Positions 34,248 through 42,971 of a stretch of 64,000 nt of DNA are shown here, piece by piece. The notes under the pieces are model-generated. The model saw nothing but the letters and a program-made list of their open reading frames with translations, searched no databases and was not told the origin of the DNA. The position numbers and the translations under genes were made by a program. The first letter of the stretch is position 1; each line of letters begins with the position of its first letter. The stretch is from contig CAWFFU010000003.1 in NCBI GenBank assembly GCA_963815215.1, positions 864,001-928,000 on the forward strand, given 5' to 3'. The DNA comes from an uncultured Trueperaceae bacterium (GTDB taxonomy: Bacteria; Deinococcota; Deinococci; Deinococcales; Trueperaceae).

Positions 34248-34487
34248 GTGACCGTCACCGTACTGTTGTTCGCCGACCTGCGCATGGCGGCCGAGCGGCC
34301 CGGGCTCGAGCTCGAGCTGCCCGCCGGCTCGACCGTGCGCGTCGCCGCCGACCGGGTCGAGCGGGAGCTGGGGAGCGGCCGCCTGCGGGGCGTGATGTGT
34401 GCCGTCAACGAGCGCTACGCGGACCCCTCCACCACGCTGGCCGACGGCGACGTGGTGGCGTTCCTCCCTCCCGTTTCCGGCGGATGA
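34248..34487 (+). CDS. moaD: Molybdopterin synthase sulfur carrier subunit
   Basis: Ubiquitin-like size; C-terminal PPVSGG. Confidence 0.9.
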   Translation: MTVTVLLFADLRMAAERPGLELELPAGSTVRVAADRVERELGSGRLRGVMCAVNERYADPSTTLADGDVVAFLPPVSGG

Positions 34488-34939
34488 CCGCACCCGCCCG
34501 CCCGCCCGACCTGATGCTCGTCGTATCGGAGCCGGTCGCGCCTGCGACGCTCCTGCAAGAGGCGGCGGACGCCGCCTACGGCGCGGTGGCTTCGTTCCTC
34601 GGCAGCGTGCGCTCCCCCAATCACGGCGACGTCGTGCACCATATCGATTACGAGGGGTACGCCCCCATGATGGTGGGCGAGATGGAACGCCTCGGCGCCG
34701 AGGCTCGCTCGCGCCACCCGCTCGGCCGGATCGTGATCGTTCACCGCTTGGGCCGGCTCCGGGCCGGCGAGGTCAGCCTGGCGGTGGTCGTGTCCTCGCC
34801 CCACCGGCACGCGGCGCTGCAGGCGTGCGGGGAACTCGTCGAGGGACTCAAGGCACGCCTGCCGGTGTGGAAGTACGAGGTGGGCCCCGCGGGCGGCTCG
34901 TTCGTGTCCGGCCGCAGCGATGCCGGCCCGACCCTGTAG
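34484..34939 (+). CDS. moaE: Molybdopterin synthase catalytic subunit
   Basis: YEGY..M, HRLG, SSPHR and LKARLPVWKYE motifs. Confidence 0.9.
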   Translation: MTAPARPPDLMLVVSEPVAPATLLQEAADAAYGAVASFLGSVRSPNHGDVVHHIDYEGYAPMMVGEMERLGAEARSRHPLGRIVIVHRLGRLRAGEVSLAVVVSSPHRHAALQACGELVEGLKARLPVWKYEVGPAGGSFVSGRSDAGPTL

Positions 34940-35170
34940 CCCACCGTGCGCCACGGGCCAACCCCCTCGATAGCGCCTCCACCGGCGTGGCGCGGTACGC
35001 GGGAAAGCCCATCCCAACGGAATATTTCACAGGGGCGGCGTGGCCCTTGCGCCTATGCTTGAGCCACTGCCGGACCTCCGAGGATCCGCCCGGAACGGCC
35101 CGGGAAGGCTGGGTAAGATGAACGTACATGTCGACGATCGGCGTTAGCACGCTGGCCGCGGAGGCGCGCG

Positions 35171-36046
35171 GTGCCCGGTGAGGTCTACCTGCGCACGCGC
35201 GACGCGCTCGCCACGCTGGTATCTGAGCGGGCCGCCACGCGCGTGCTCGACGCCGCCTTGCGCCGATCGCACGAGAGCGCCGAGGCGCTCGACGAGCGTG
35301 CCGTGCGCCACCTCCTGCTGGGGCCGATCCAACACGAGCTGGAGGGCATCCTGCCTCGCACGGGCCTGCGCCGGACCTTGCGTCGGCTGGCGCGCCAGGT
35401 CGTCGACGAGATGCGCTCGGACGATGCTCCCGTCGCCACCTCCGGAGCGACCGAGCCCGGGTTCAGGGAACCACCGCACACGGCGCTCAACCCGGTCACG
35501 CAGTCCTCGGTCTACCTTCCGGACGCAACGCCCGTACCGCCCGATGGCTTCCACTTCGGTTCGGTCGCTTCGTTGCGCTCACCGCCCCCTCCCCCGGTCG
35601 GTCGGCGAGCGCCGTCCGGCGATTCCCGGCAGCGGGGGGCGGCGGTCGCGCCGGCGGCGACCGGGGCCGTGGCGGCGACGATGCCTGCGCGCGACCGGTC
35701 GCGCCCGACGGTGGTCCCCCACCCCATGGGGGCCGAGGCGCTCGACGCCCTCGGGGTCCACTTCGCCGAGATCGACGGCGTGCTGCAGGTGATCGCCCTG
35801 CGGGCGTCCGATGTGCCGCAGGTCCGAGGCGAGGGCATCGACGCCGACGCCCTGGCACCGCTCGCCCAGTCTGCCGTCCGGCTGCTGGGCCGCTTCGGGC
35901 CGTTGCGCTCCCTCGTACTGGAGCACGAGGCTGGCTTGCTCTTCGTCTTCCCGCTCGGACGCGACGCCATCGCGGTGTTCGCGCGAGCCAACGTCAACAT
36001 GGGTGCGGTGTTCGCAGCGCGGGCCGCGCTGGAGGAGGGACCATGA
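35171..36046 (+). CDS. Hypothetical protein: helical N-domain, Pro/Ala linker, C-terminal roadblock/LC7-like domain
   Basis: Last ~100 aa follow the alpha-beta-beta-alpha-beta-beta-beta-alpha pattern ending NVNMGAV. Confidence 0.65.
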   Translation: MPGEVYLRTRDALATLVSERAATRVLDAALRRSHESAEALDERAVRHLLLGPIQHELEGILPRTGLRRTLRRLARQVVDEMRSDDAPVATSGATEPGFREPPHTALNPVTQSSVYLPDATPVPPDGFHFGSVASLRSPPPPPVGRRAPSGDSRQRGAAVAPAATGAVAATMPARDRSRPTVVPHPMGAEALDALGVHFAEIDGVLQVIALRASDVPQVRGEGIDADALAPLAQSAVRLLGRFGPLRSLVLEHEAGLLFVFPLGRDAIAVFARANVNMGAVFAARAALEEGP

Positions 36047-37923
36047 ACAGGGGCAAACGTACAATCGTGGCGGGCGTCCTGACGCTCGCGCTCGGCCTTT
36101 GCGCCGCTGGCTGGGCGCAACAGACCGACACCTACCTGCAGCGCTACGACCTGGCGATCGAGAACCTGAAGCAGGCCGTCGCGGCTGTGCCCGACGACAG
36201 CGCGAAGGCCCGCAGCCAGCTCGACCACGCGGTCACCGCGCTCGTGACGTTGTCGCGCGACACCACCAGCGCCACCCTGGTCAAGGCCATGGAGAGCCTG
36301 TTCGGCCGCGCCCGCACCGCCGTACAGAACCAGAGCCGGACCGACATCGCGGTGCAGACCGCGGTGCTGGCGGGCGGCTTCAATCGGCTGGTGTACGACG
36401 CAGCCTTCAAGAGCGCCGTCGACGGCGACATGTCCACCGCCAAGGCCCGCCTCCAGCGCATCGGGACCCAGATGCAGTTCGATCCGGCTTCCATGGACGC
36501 CATCCATTCGGCCGATACCGTCGCTACCCTGCGGCTGCAGACCGAGGCGGCGGTAGCCCGCACTCTAAGCGAGGAGGTATCGGTGGCCGAGCGGCTGCTC
36601 CCCACCGATCGCGACGTCGCTTACCAGACTCTCGCCGACGCCTACGGCACGTCGCTTCTCGTCCAGGACTCGCCGCGCCTGCAGGCCGGCCTCAACCAGC
36701 ACTTCGTCGACGCCGCCACAGCCCTCGTCGGCAAGGACGACACCGCCTTCCGGCAGGCCGCACAGGCGATCACGGACGGCGCGGGCCGGCTGGCCCAGGC
36801 CGATCGGCAGGCGCTGGCCGGCGCGACGGCCACCGTCCAACCGGCCCCGGGCACCGGAGCCGCCGCTCCGTCGGCGCTCCCCTCCGTGAGCCCTGCCACC
36901 GGGTCGACCGGCAGCACGGCCGCGCCCACCGGGACCGCGACAGCGGGCCAGCCGGCCGGCGCCACTACGCAAGCGGGCGGCACGCCACAGGCGACGCCCG
37001 CCGACCTCGCTTCGGTGCGTGATCAGGTGCTGGCCGAGCAGAAGCAGCAGAAGCTCGATACCCTGACCCGTCAGCTACAGGCCGCCGGCCTCACCGGCCC
37101 CGCCGGCCAGCGCCTGGCAGATTCGCTCCTGAGCGCCAACGTCGACACCCTTCAGGCGGTCAGTCAGTCGCTGTACGCCATGGCGGCCCAGGCCAGCGCC
37201 GACCTGATGGCCGGCGACGTCAGCGGCGCCCGCGACCGCGTGCGGGCCCTTGCGAAGCGCTACGACAGCCTGCTCTCTCCGCTGGTGGCGGCCAAGGCGC
37301 CGACCGTGGACGCCGATGCGCGGGCCACCTTCCAACGCACGGCCGACCTCGTCGGTCTGAGGCTTCAAGACCTGAACGATCTGACGGCGCAGACCGACGC
37401 CGTCGCACGGGTCGTCAACGGCGCTCCGGAGCCTGCCAATCTGGCTCTCAACCGTGCCGTGGCGAGCTGGTGGTCGGGCTGGCCGCGCCTGTTGGTGCTG
37501 TTGCTGTTCGGCATCCTGGTGTTCGTGCCCCTCTACCTGCTCAACCTCGCCTTCGGCGGAGGTAACCGCAACTGGCAATTGATCGGCGTGGCGCTGTTCC
37601 TGCTTCTGCTGCCGGTGGTGTACGAAGCGCTGGCGTCCCTTGGCAGCATGATCGCGTCGTGGACGAACAACGATGCCTTCGATGTGCTGGCGAGCTACTC
37701 GATGTTCCAGAGCAGCATCGGTCAGGTGGTGTGGGCTGCTCTCATCGTGCTCGCCATCGTGTTCGCCATCCTGGGTCTGTACGGCATCTGCGTGCAGTTC
37801 GGGTTGCTCGGCCGCGGTGGCCGCGGCCGGGGCAACGCCGCGGGCACGCAGACCGTGACGACCACCGCCACCAACACCCAGGAGCGGTCGGACTCGATGG
37901 TTGACTGGGATGAGGAGTTCTGA
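36043..37923 (+). CDS. Hypothetical membrane protein (signal peptide, helical extracytoplasmic region, about 3 C-terminal TMs)
   Basis: Signal peptide ending GWA-Q; T/A/P linker; hydrophobic segments; tail ending DWDEEF; ATGA overlap with the upstream gene. Confidence 0.8.
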   Translation: MNRGKRTIVAGVLTLALGLCAAGWAQQTDTYLQRYDLAIENLKQAVAAVPDDSAKARSQLDHAVTALVTLSRDTTSATLVKAMESLFGRARTAVQNQSRTDIAVQTAVLAGGFNRLVYDAAFKSAVDGDMSTAKARLQRIGTQMQFDPASMDAIHSADTVATLRLQTEAAVARTLSEEVSVAERLLPTDRDVAYQTLADAYGTSLLVQDSPRLQAGLNQHFVDAATALVGKDDTAFRQAAQAITDGAGRLAQADRQALAGATATVQPAPGTGAAAPSALPSVSPATGSTGSTAAPTGTATAGQPAGATTQAGGTPQATPADLASVRDQVLAEQKQQKLDTLTRQLQAAGLTGPAGQRLADSLLSANVDTLQAVSQSLYAMAAQASADLMAGDVSGARDRVRALAKRYDSLLSPLVAAKAPTVDADARATFQRTADLVGLRLQDLNDLTAQTDAVARVVNGAPEPANLALNRAVASWWSGWPRLLVLLLFGILVFVPLYLLNLAFGGGNRNWQLIGVALFLLLLPVVYEALASLGSMIASWTNNDAFDVLASYSMFQSSIGQVVWAALIVLAIVFAILGLYGICVQFGLLGRGGRGRGNAAGTQTVTTTATNTQERSDSMVDWDEEF

Positions 37924-37972
37924 GCCGGGGGGAGGTCGCGTCGGCGATCGTCCGTCCCCATGAGGAGGCGGG

Positions 37973-40795
37973 ATGATCGGCGCAGCGAACGATGACATGA
38001 GCAACCAGGTCTACCAGTCGACCGTCGAGGAGCTGGAGGCGATCCTTTCCCCGCGGGTCGTGTCCCGCTCGCTGCAGGAGGGATTGCGGCAGCTCGGGCG
38101 CTCGCCCGACACGGTCGACGTCAGCGCCGTCGAGAAGATCCTCAAGGCGCAGATCTACCGCCAGCTCCAGGTCACCATGCCCGTCACCCAGGCGAAGCAG
38201 GCGATCGAGGACATCCTCGGACGCCTCCAAGGGGTGGCGGACGGAGCCGGCTCCAACGATTCGGCCGATGTCGGCCTGGCCCGTCAGAAGGAGCGACTCG
38301 GTCAGCTCAAGGATGCCCTCAAGCCGTTCAACCTGTACTTCGAATGGCCCGAGGTCCAGAAGCTCCGCGCCCAGGTCCAGCTCCTCGAGACCGAGCAGGA
38401 ATCGGACCGGGAAGCGGCCTCGCTGGCCGACGACGCCGAGGCGCAGTTGCACGTGGTGGAGCAGAAGCTCGAGGACCACCTCGTCATCCAGGCTCGCGAG
38501 CTCGGCGAGCTCAGCGAAGCGCTCGACCAGGTACGCACCCTCGGTGGGCCCAAGATCCGTCGCCTCGAGAACCTCGTGAACCAGATCGGCGAGGCGCAGG
38601 CGGGACGGCAACTGGCCCCCGCCGAGATCGAGCGCGCGCGCAGGCTGGCGCGCGACCTGCGAAAGTTGATGGAGTCGAGCGTCTACTCCGAGGAGATGCA
38701 GGCGGCAACCGGCGAGGCGAGCCCGAGTGACGAGACGTCCGGCGCCGTCGACCGGCGTGACGGCGGTGTGCTCGACGTCGAGGGCGAGGAGGAGGAACTC
38801 CTCTCCATCGATACGGCCGATCTCGGTCCCGAGGTGAGCGCCAAGTTGCTGCTGCTCGATCTGGAGGACGAACGGCACGACCTCGAGGCGCTCGTCTCCG
38901 AGTACGACGAGCTGCTCGGCTTCCAGCCTTCGTTGCGGGCCGGCGTCGACGCGTTGCGCGAGCGTCTCGATGCCGATGCGTCCATCTCCGACGCCTTGCC
39001 GTCACTCCGCCACACCCTCGAGGAGGCCTTCGAAACCTACCGGGCAACGCTACGCGACGAGCTCCAGGGGATCGAAGTCTCGCTGCGGGACCTCCGCTCC
39101 GAGGTCGACACCTCCGAGTTGCGGCAGTCCTTGCGGGTCGGTCTCGGCATCCTCAGCACCACCCTCCCGAACCAGGCAGACATCCACCACATCCGCAACC
39201 TGTATCAGCTCGCTCTCGACCAGGTGGAAGCGTTCGATCGCGCTGAGGGCGAGACCCGCGCGCAGCGTGACGCCCAGCTACACGACCAGTCGGCGATGCT
39301 CGAGCGCCTGGAGTCGACCCTGCTGCGCTACGAGGGGCACGCCGCGGTCGACGCCTACCAGCAGCTCGAGGCCCAGGTCGATGCCCTTCGGGAAGCCAGG
39401 GGGCAGGACGTTCTCGACCCGCAGATCCTCGACACCGCACGCAGGGCGGAGGCGTCGCTGGAATCAGCCATGGCGGTGTTGGCCGACCAGCGCGTGGACC
39501 GCCAGCGTGCCACGCTCCGTAACCTGCTGGCGCAGGTGCAGGCGCTCCCGGGGCTGGACACCGTCGCGGCCCGCATCAGCAGCGTGGTAGCGGAGCTCGA
39601 ACGACAGCTCCAGCGGCTCGAGGCCGAGACCCTCGAGGACGCTCAGGTGGAGGCCACCGCCTCGATGGTCGAGGCGCTCAAGGGCGAGGCGACGGCCACC
39701 CTGCAACGCCGCCTCGAGGCGTTGGCCGCGCGGGCCGGCGAGCTGTCCAGTGCGCCGCTGCTGGAGCGCATCCGCTCCGCCATGGACGGCCTCGAGGACG
39801 GCAACTACCCCGATCTGAACGCGCTCAAGGCCGCCATCTCGCAAGAGCGCGAGGCGGAGCGCAGCGACCAGATCGGCGAGCTGCACCGGCTCGAGCGCGA
39901 GACCGCGCGCTTCGCAGGCATGGAGGGCCCCACCCTCGAAGCCCTGCAACAGCGCCTGGTAACGGCCCGCCAGCGGATCGACGAGGGCCACCTGGCGCCG
40001 GGCCTGAGCCAGACCTGGGCGCTCCTGGAGCGGGTCCAGGCCGAGGTGGACGAGCGCTTGCGGAACGTCGTGCCGCGGCTCGACGCCGCTCTAGAGGCGT
40101 TCACGCCGGTCGAGAAGCTCAACAGCGACGACGTGGCTACCGTGCGCCGCATCCTTCGTCACCTCGACTCCCAACGCGACGCGCTGGAACGGGTATCGGT
40201 CGGCCTGCGCCTGCAACTCGAAGGCTCGCTGTCCGAGGCCGAAGCGCTTTTGGTGAAGCTGCGCGAGGAGTACGAGGCCACGCGCGTCATCGCCGACCAG
40301 CTCGTCAACGCCAACGTCCTGGACGACGTGCTGGGCCTGTTCGGCGAGGACGCTCCGGCGGGGGACGATGACGCGGGCACCGCCCGGCCCGTCGACATCG
40401 AGGCGCTGCTCCAGCCCTATCTGAGCGAGGACGAGGTGTCGGGCGCCGCCGTCTTCGCGAAGGCCGGCGAGCGCCTGGCGGGCCTGCTGCCGTTCGAGCC
40501 CGACGTCGCCTCGGCGCTTCTCGAAGGACTACGCACCTCGGCCGAGCGCGGCGCGGCGGCCCTGGGCCAGGCGTCGCCGCGCCTGGCGACGTTGGAGTAC
40601 GAGGGGGGCGTCGTGGTGGCGGCGTGGCCCACGTCCGAACACACCCTGCTGATCACCTTGCGGTCGAGCTCCGATCTGTCGCTGTTGACCCACCGCCTGC
40701 GCCGCGATCTGGAGGCGCTGGCGGCCGCTCTGCCCGGCACCCACGGCGGAGCCGCCCACGGTGGACCTGCCCACGGTGGACCTGCCCACGCTTGA
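37973..40795 (+). CDS. Large coiled-coil protein with C-terminal roadblock/LC7-like domain
   Basis: 940 aa, E/L/A/R-rich heptads; RBS GAGGAGG; N-terminus resembles that of 35171..36046. Confidence 0.75.
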   Translation: MIGAANDDMSNQVYQSTVEELEAILSPRVVSRSLQEGLRQLGRSPDTVDVSAVEKILKAQIYRQLQVTMPVTQAKQAIEDILGRLQGVADGAGSNDSADVGLARQKERLGQLKDALKPFNLYFEWPEVQKLRAQVQLLETEQESDREAASLADDAEAQLHVVEQKLEDHLVIQARELGELSEALDQVRTLGGPKIRRLENLVNQIGEAQAGRQLAPAEIERARRLARDLRKLMESSVYSEEMQAATGEASPSDETSGAVDRRDGGVLDVEGEEEELLSIDTADLGPEVSAKLLLLDLEDERHDLEALVSEYDELLGFQPSLRAGVDALRERLDADASISDALPSLRHTLEEAFETYRATLRDELQGIEVSLRDLRSEVDTSELRQSLRVGLGILSTTLPNQADIHHIRNLYQLALDQVEAFDRAEGETRAQRDAQLHDQSAMLERLESTLLRYEGHAAVDAYQQLEAQVDALREARGQDVLDPQILDTARRAEASLESAMAVLADQRVDRQRATLRNLLAQVQALPGLDTVAARISSVVAELERQLQRLEAETLEDAQVEATASMVEALKGEATATLQRRLEALAARAGELSSAPLLERIRSAMDGLEDGNYPDLNALKAAISQEREAERSDQIGELHRLERETARFAGMEGPTLEALQQRLVTARQRIDEGHLAPGLSQTWALLERVQAEVDERLRNVVPRLDAALEAFTPVEKLNSDDVATVRRILRHLDSQRDALERVSVGLRLQLEGSLSEAEALLVKLREEYEATRVIADQLVNANVLDDVLGLFGEDAPAGDDDAGTARPVDIEALLQPYLSEDEVSGAAVFAKAGERLAGLLPFEPDVASALLEGLRTSAERGAAALGQASPRLATLEYEGGVVVAAWPTSEHTLLITLRSSSDLSLLTHRLRRDLEALAAALPGTHGGAAHGGPAHGGPAHA
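40739..40790 (+). repeat. 15-bp tandem repeat (GCCCACGGTGGACCT) in a gene overlap
   Basis: One degenerate unit, two perfect units (40754-40768, 40769-40783) and one partial unit. Confidence 0.85.
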
Positions 40796-41207
40796 CGACA
40801 CGCGCAAGCTCGCCCGGCACCTGCTGCAGCGGGCGCCGGGCGGCTCACTGCTGGTGCTCAGTGGGCCGCTCGGCGCCGGCAAGACCACGCTGACGCGCTT
40901 CCTGGCGGAGGCGTTGGGCTCCGACGCCGACGTCACCAGTCCCAGCTACACCCTGGTGCACGAGTACCCCACACCGCAGGGCGTGCTGGTGCATATCGAC
41001 GCCTACCGGCTGCCGGACGCGGCTGCGCTGGAGCAGCTCGGGCTCGAGGAGACCCTGGACCGCGCGAGGCTGGTGGTGGTCGAGTGGGGCACGGGCCTGC
41101 TCGCTCGCTATCCGGACGCGCTCTGGCTCGATCTCGAGCGCCACGGCGAGGCGCGCCGCGCCACGTTGCGCGACGCGTCCGGCCAGCCGCTAGGATGGGA
41201 CCCGTGA
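40761..41207 (+). CDS. tsaE: tRNA t6A biosynthesis ATPase TsaE
   Basis: GPLGAGKT, SPSYTL, HIDAYRL, VEW; start GTG 40761 or 40776. Confidence 0.93.
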   Translation: MDLPTVDLPTLDDTRKLARHLLQRAPGGSLLVLSGPLGAGKTTLTRFLAEALGSDADVTSPSYTLVHEYPTPQGVLVHIDAYRLPDAAALEQLGLEETLDRARLVVVEWGTGLLARYPDALWLDLERHGEARRATLRDASGQPLGWDP

Positions 41208-41773
41208 GCCGCGTCTACCTGGGCATCGACAGCGCAACACCCCACCTGTCGCTGGCATTGTGGAGCCCCGAGCGCGGCCTGTTGGCGGAGTTCCGCACCG
41301 AGGTGGGGCGCGACCATGCCGCGCGCATCGTGATCGAGCTCGACGAGCTGTTCACGCGGGCCCGCTTGGAGCGCGGCGCCGTCGACGGCATCGGCGTGGG
41401 GGTCGGACCCGGCTCCTACACCGGCGTGCGAGTGGGCCTGGCCACCGCCAAGGGCCTGGCGCGGGCGTGGGGCGCGCCGCTGGGAGGGGCTTCGACGCTG
41501 GCGGCGCTGGCGCTGGCAGGCCTGCTCCCGGGCGAGTCGGGGACCGCCGCCCTGGACGCCCGCCGGGGCAACGTCTACGCCGCGCGCTTCCGACGTCCCC
41601 GCGACCCCACCGACCTGCGGCTCGAGCCGCAGGGGCCGGTCGAGAAGATCGCCAGGACCCTGCTCGCAGAACGCCTCGGCGCCGAGCGTGCGATCGAGGG
41701 GGGCGCGCCCGACGCCGCCCTGACGGCGGCAGCCGCCGCCGCCGGAGAGCCTGCGGAGGCGCTCTACCTGTAA
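41204..41773 (+). CDS. tsaB: tRNA t6A biosynthesis protein TsaB
   Basis: GIDSAT, GPGSYTGVRVG, DARRGNVY. Confidence 0.93.
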   Translation: MSRVYLGIDSATPHLSLALWSPERGLLAEFRTEVGRDHAARIVIELDELFTRARLERGAVDGIGVGVGPGSYTGVRVGLATAKGLARAWGAPLGGASTLAALALAGLLPGESGTAALDARRGNVYAARFRRPRDPTDLRLEPQGPVEKIARTLLAERLGAERAIEGGAPDAALTAAAAAAGEPAEALYL

Positions 41774-41931
41774 CGTTCGCCCGGGCCGGCCGCCTCTCCA
41801 TGGCGGCCGGTCGGCCGGTCCCATCGCTTCCGCACGGAACGCCCCCGCGCGGCCGCCCGCGAGCTCCGGGAAGGTATACTGCTCCGTCACTGTGGACCCA
41901 TCGCACCGGGGCCGCTCGGGTTGGAGAAAGC

Positions 41932-42969
41932 ATGTTCTTCAGATTGGGACAGGAGATCGGAGTCGATCTAGGGACGGCCACCGTCCTGATCTACGTCAAG
42001 GGCAAGGGCATCATGCTCCGGGAGCCCTCGGTGATCGCCATGGTCAGGGATACCGGTGATGTCAAGGCGGTCGGTGACGAGGCCTACCGGATGCTCGGCC
42101 GAACGCCCGGCAACATCGTCGCCGTCCGCCCCATGCGTGACGGCGTTATTGCGGACTACGACCTCACCGAGAAGATGCTCAAGGCGTTCGTGCGCAAGGT
42201 GATCACCGGCCCCAGTCGCCTGTTCAAGCCCCACATCATGGTGTGCGTGCCGTCGGGCGTCACCGAGGTCGAGCGCCGCGCCGTGCTGCAGGCGACGCGC
42301 GAGGTCGGCGCGCGCAAGGCCTTCCTGATCGAGGAGCCGCTGGCGGCCGCCATCGGGGCCGGCGTGGCGATCGCCGAGCCGGCAGGCTCGATGATCGTCG
42401 ATATCGGCGGCGGAACCACCGACATCGCCATCATCAGCCTCGGCGGCATCGTGGTCTCGGAGAGCCTTCGCATCGCCGGTAACGAGTTCGACGAGGCCAT
42501 CATCCGCCACATCCGTCACAAGGAGAACCTCCTCATCGGGGAACGCACCGCGGAGGAGGTCAAGATGCGCATCGGCGCCGCCGTGCTGAAGAGCTCCGAC
42601 GACAACCGGGAGCTCGACGTGCGCGGTCGCGACTTGATCAACGGCCTGCCGAAGACGATCAAGGTGACCACCGAGGACACGATCGAGGCGCTGCGGGAGC
42701 CGATCCAGAAGATCGCCGACGGCGTGCGACGGGTGCTCGAGCTGGCGCCGCCCGAGTTGGTCTCCGACGTCATCGACCGCGGCATCATCATGACGGGCGG
42801 CGGCTCGCTGCTGCGCAACTTCGACGAGCTCCTCCGGCAGACCACCGGCATCCCGGTGGTCGTGGCCGACAACGCCATCGACTCCGTGGCGCTCGGCACC
42901 GGTCAGGCGCTCGACATGATCCACGTGCTGCGCGACGCGTTGATCTCCGACAACTTCCTCCGACGTTAG
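41932..42969 (+). CDS. mreB: Rod shape-determining protein MreB
   Basis: DLGTA, EPSV, IEEPLAAAIGAG, DIGGGTT, TGGGSLL; TATACT -10 at 41875-41880. Confidence 0.96.
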   Translation: MFFRLGQEIGVDLGTATVLIYVKGKGIMLREPSVIAMVRDTGDVKAVGDEAYRMLGRTPGNIVAVRPMRDGVIADYDLTEKMLKAFVRKVITGPSRLFKPHIMVCVPSGVTEVERRAVLQATREVGARKAFLIEEPLAAAIGAGVAIAEPAGSMIVDIGGGTTDIAIISLGGIVVSESLRIAGNEFDEAIIRHIRHKENLLIGERTAEEVKMRIGAAVLKSSDDNRELDVRGRDLINGLPKTIKVTTEDTIEALREPIQKIADGVRRVLELAPPELVSDVIDRGIIMTGGGSLLRNFDELLRQTTGIPVVVADNAIDSVALGTGQALDMIHVLRDALISDNFLRR

Positions 42970-42971
42970 CG

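Noticed and set aside
35144..35170. CIRCE-like half site TTAGCACGC
   Set aside because: No matching right arm 9 nt downstream
37973..40795. SMC/SbcC-like ATPase or chemoreceptor
   Set aside because: No Walker A/B or signature motifs and no MCP hairpin signature
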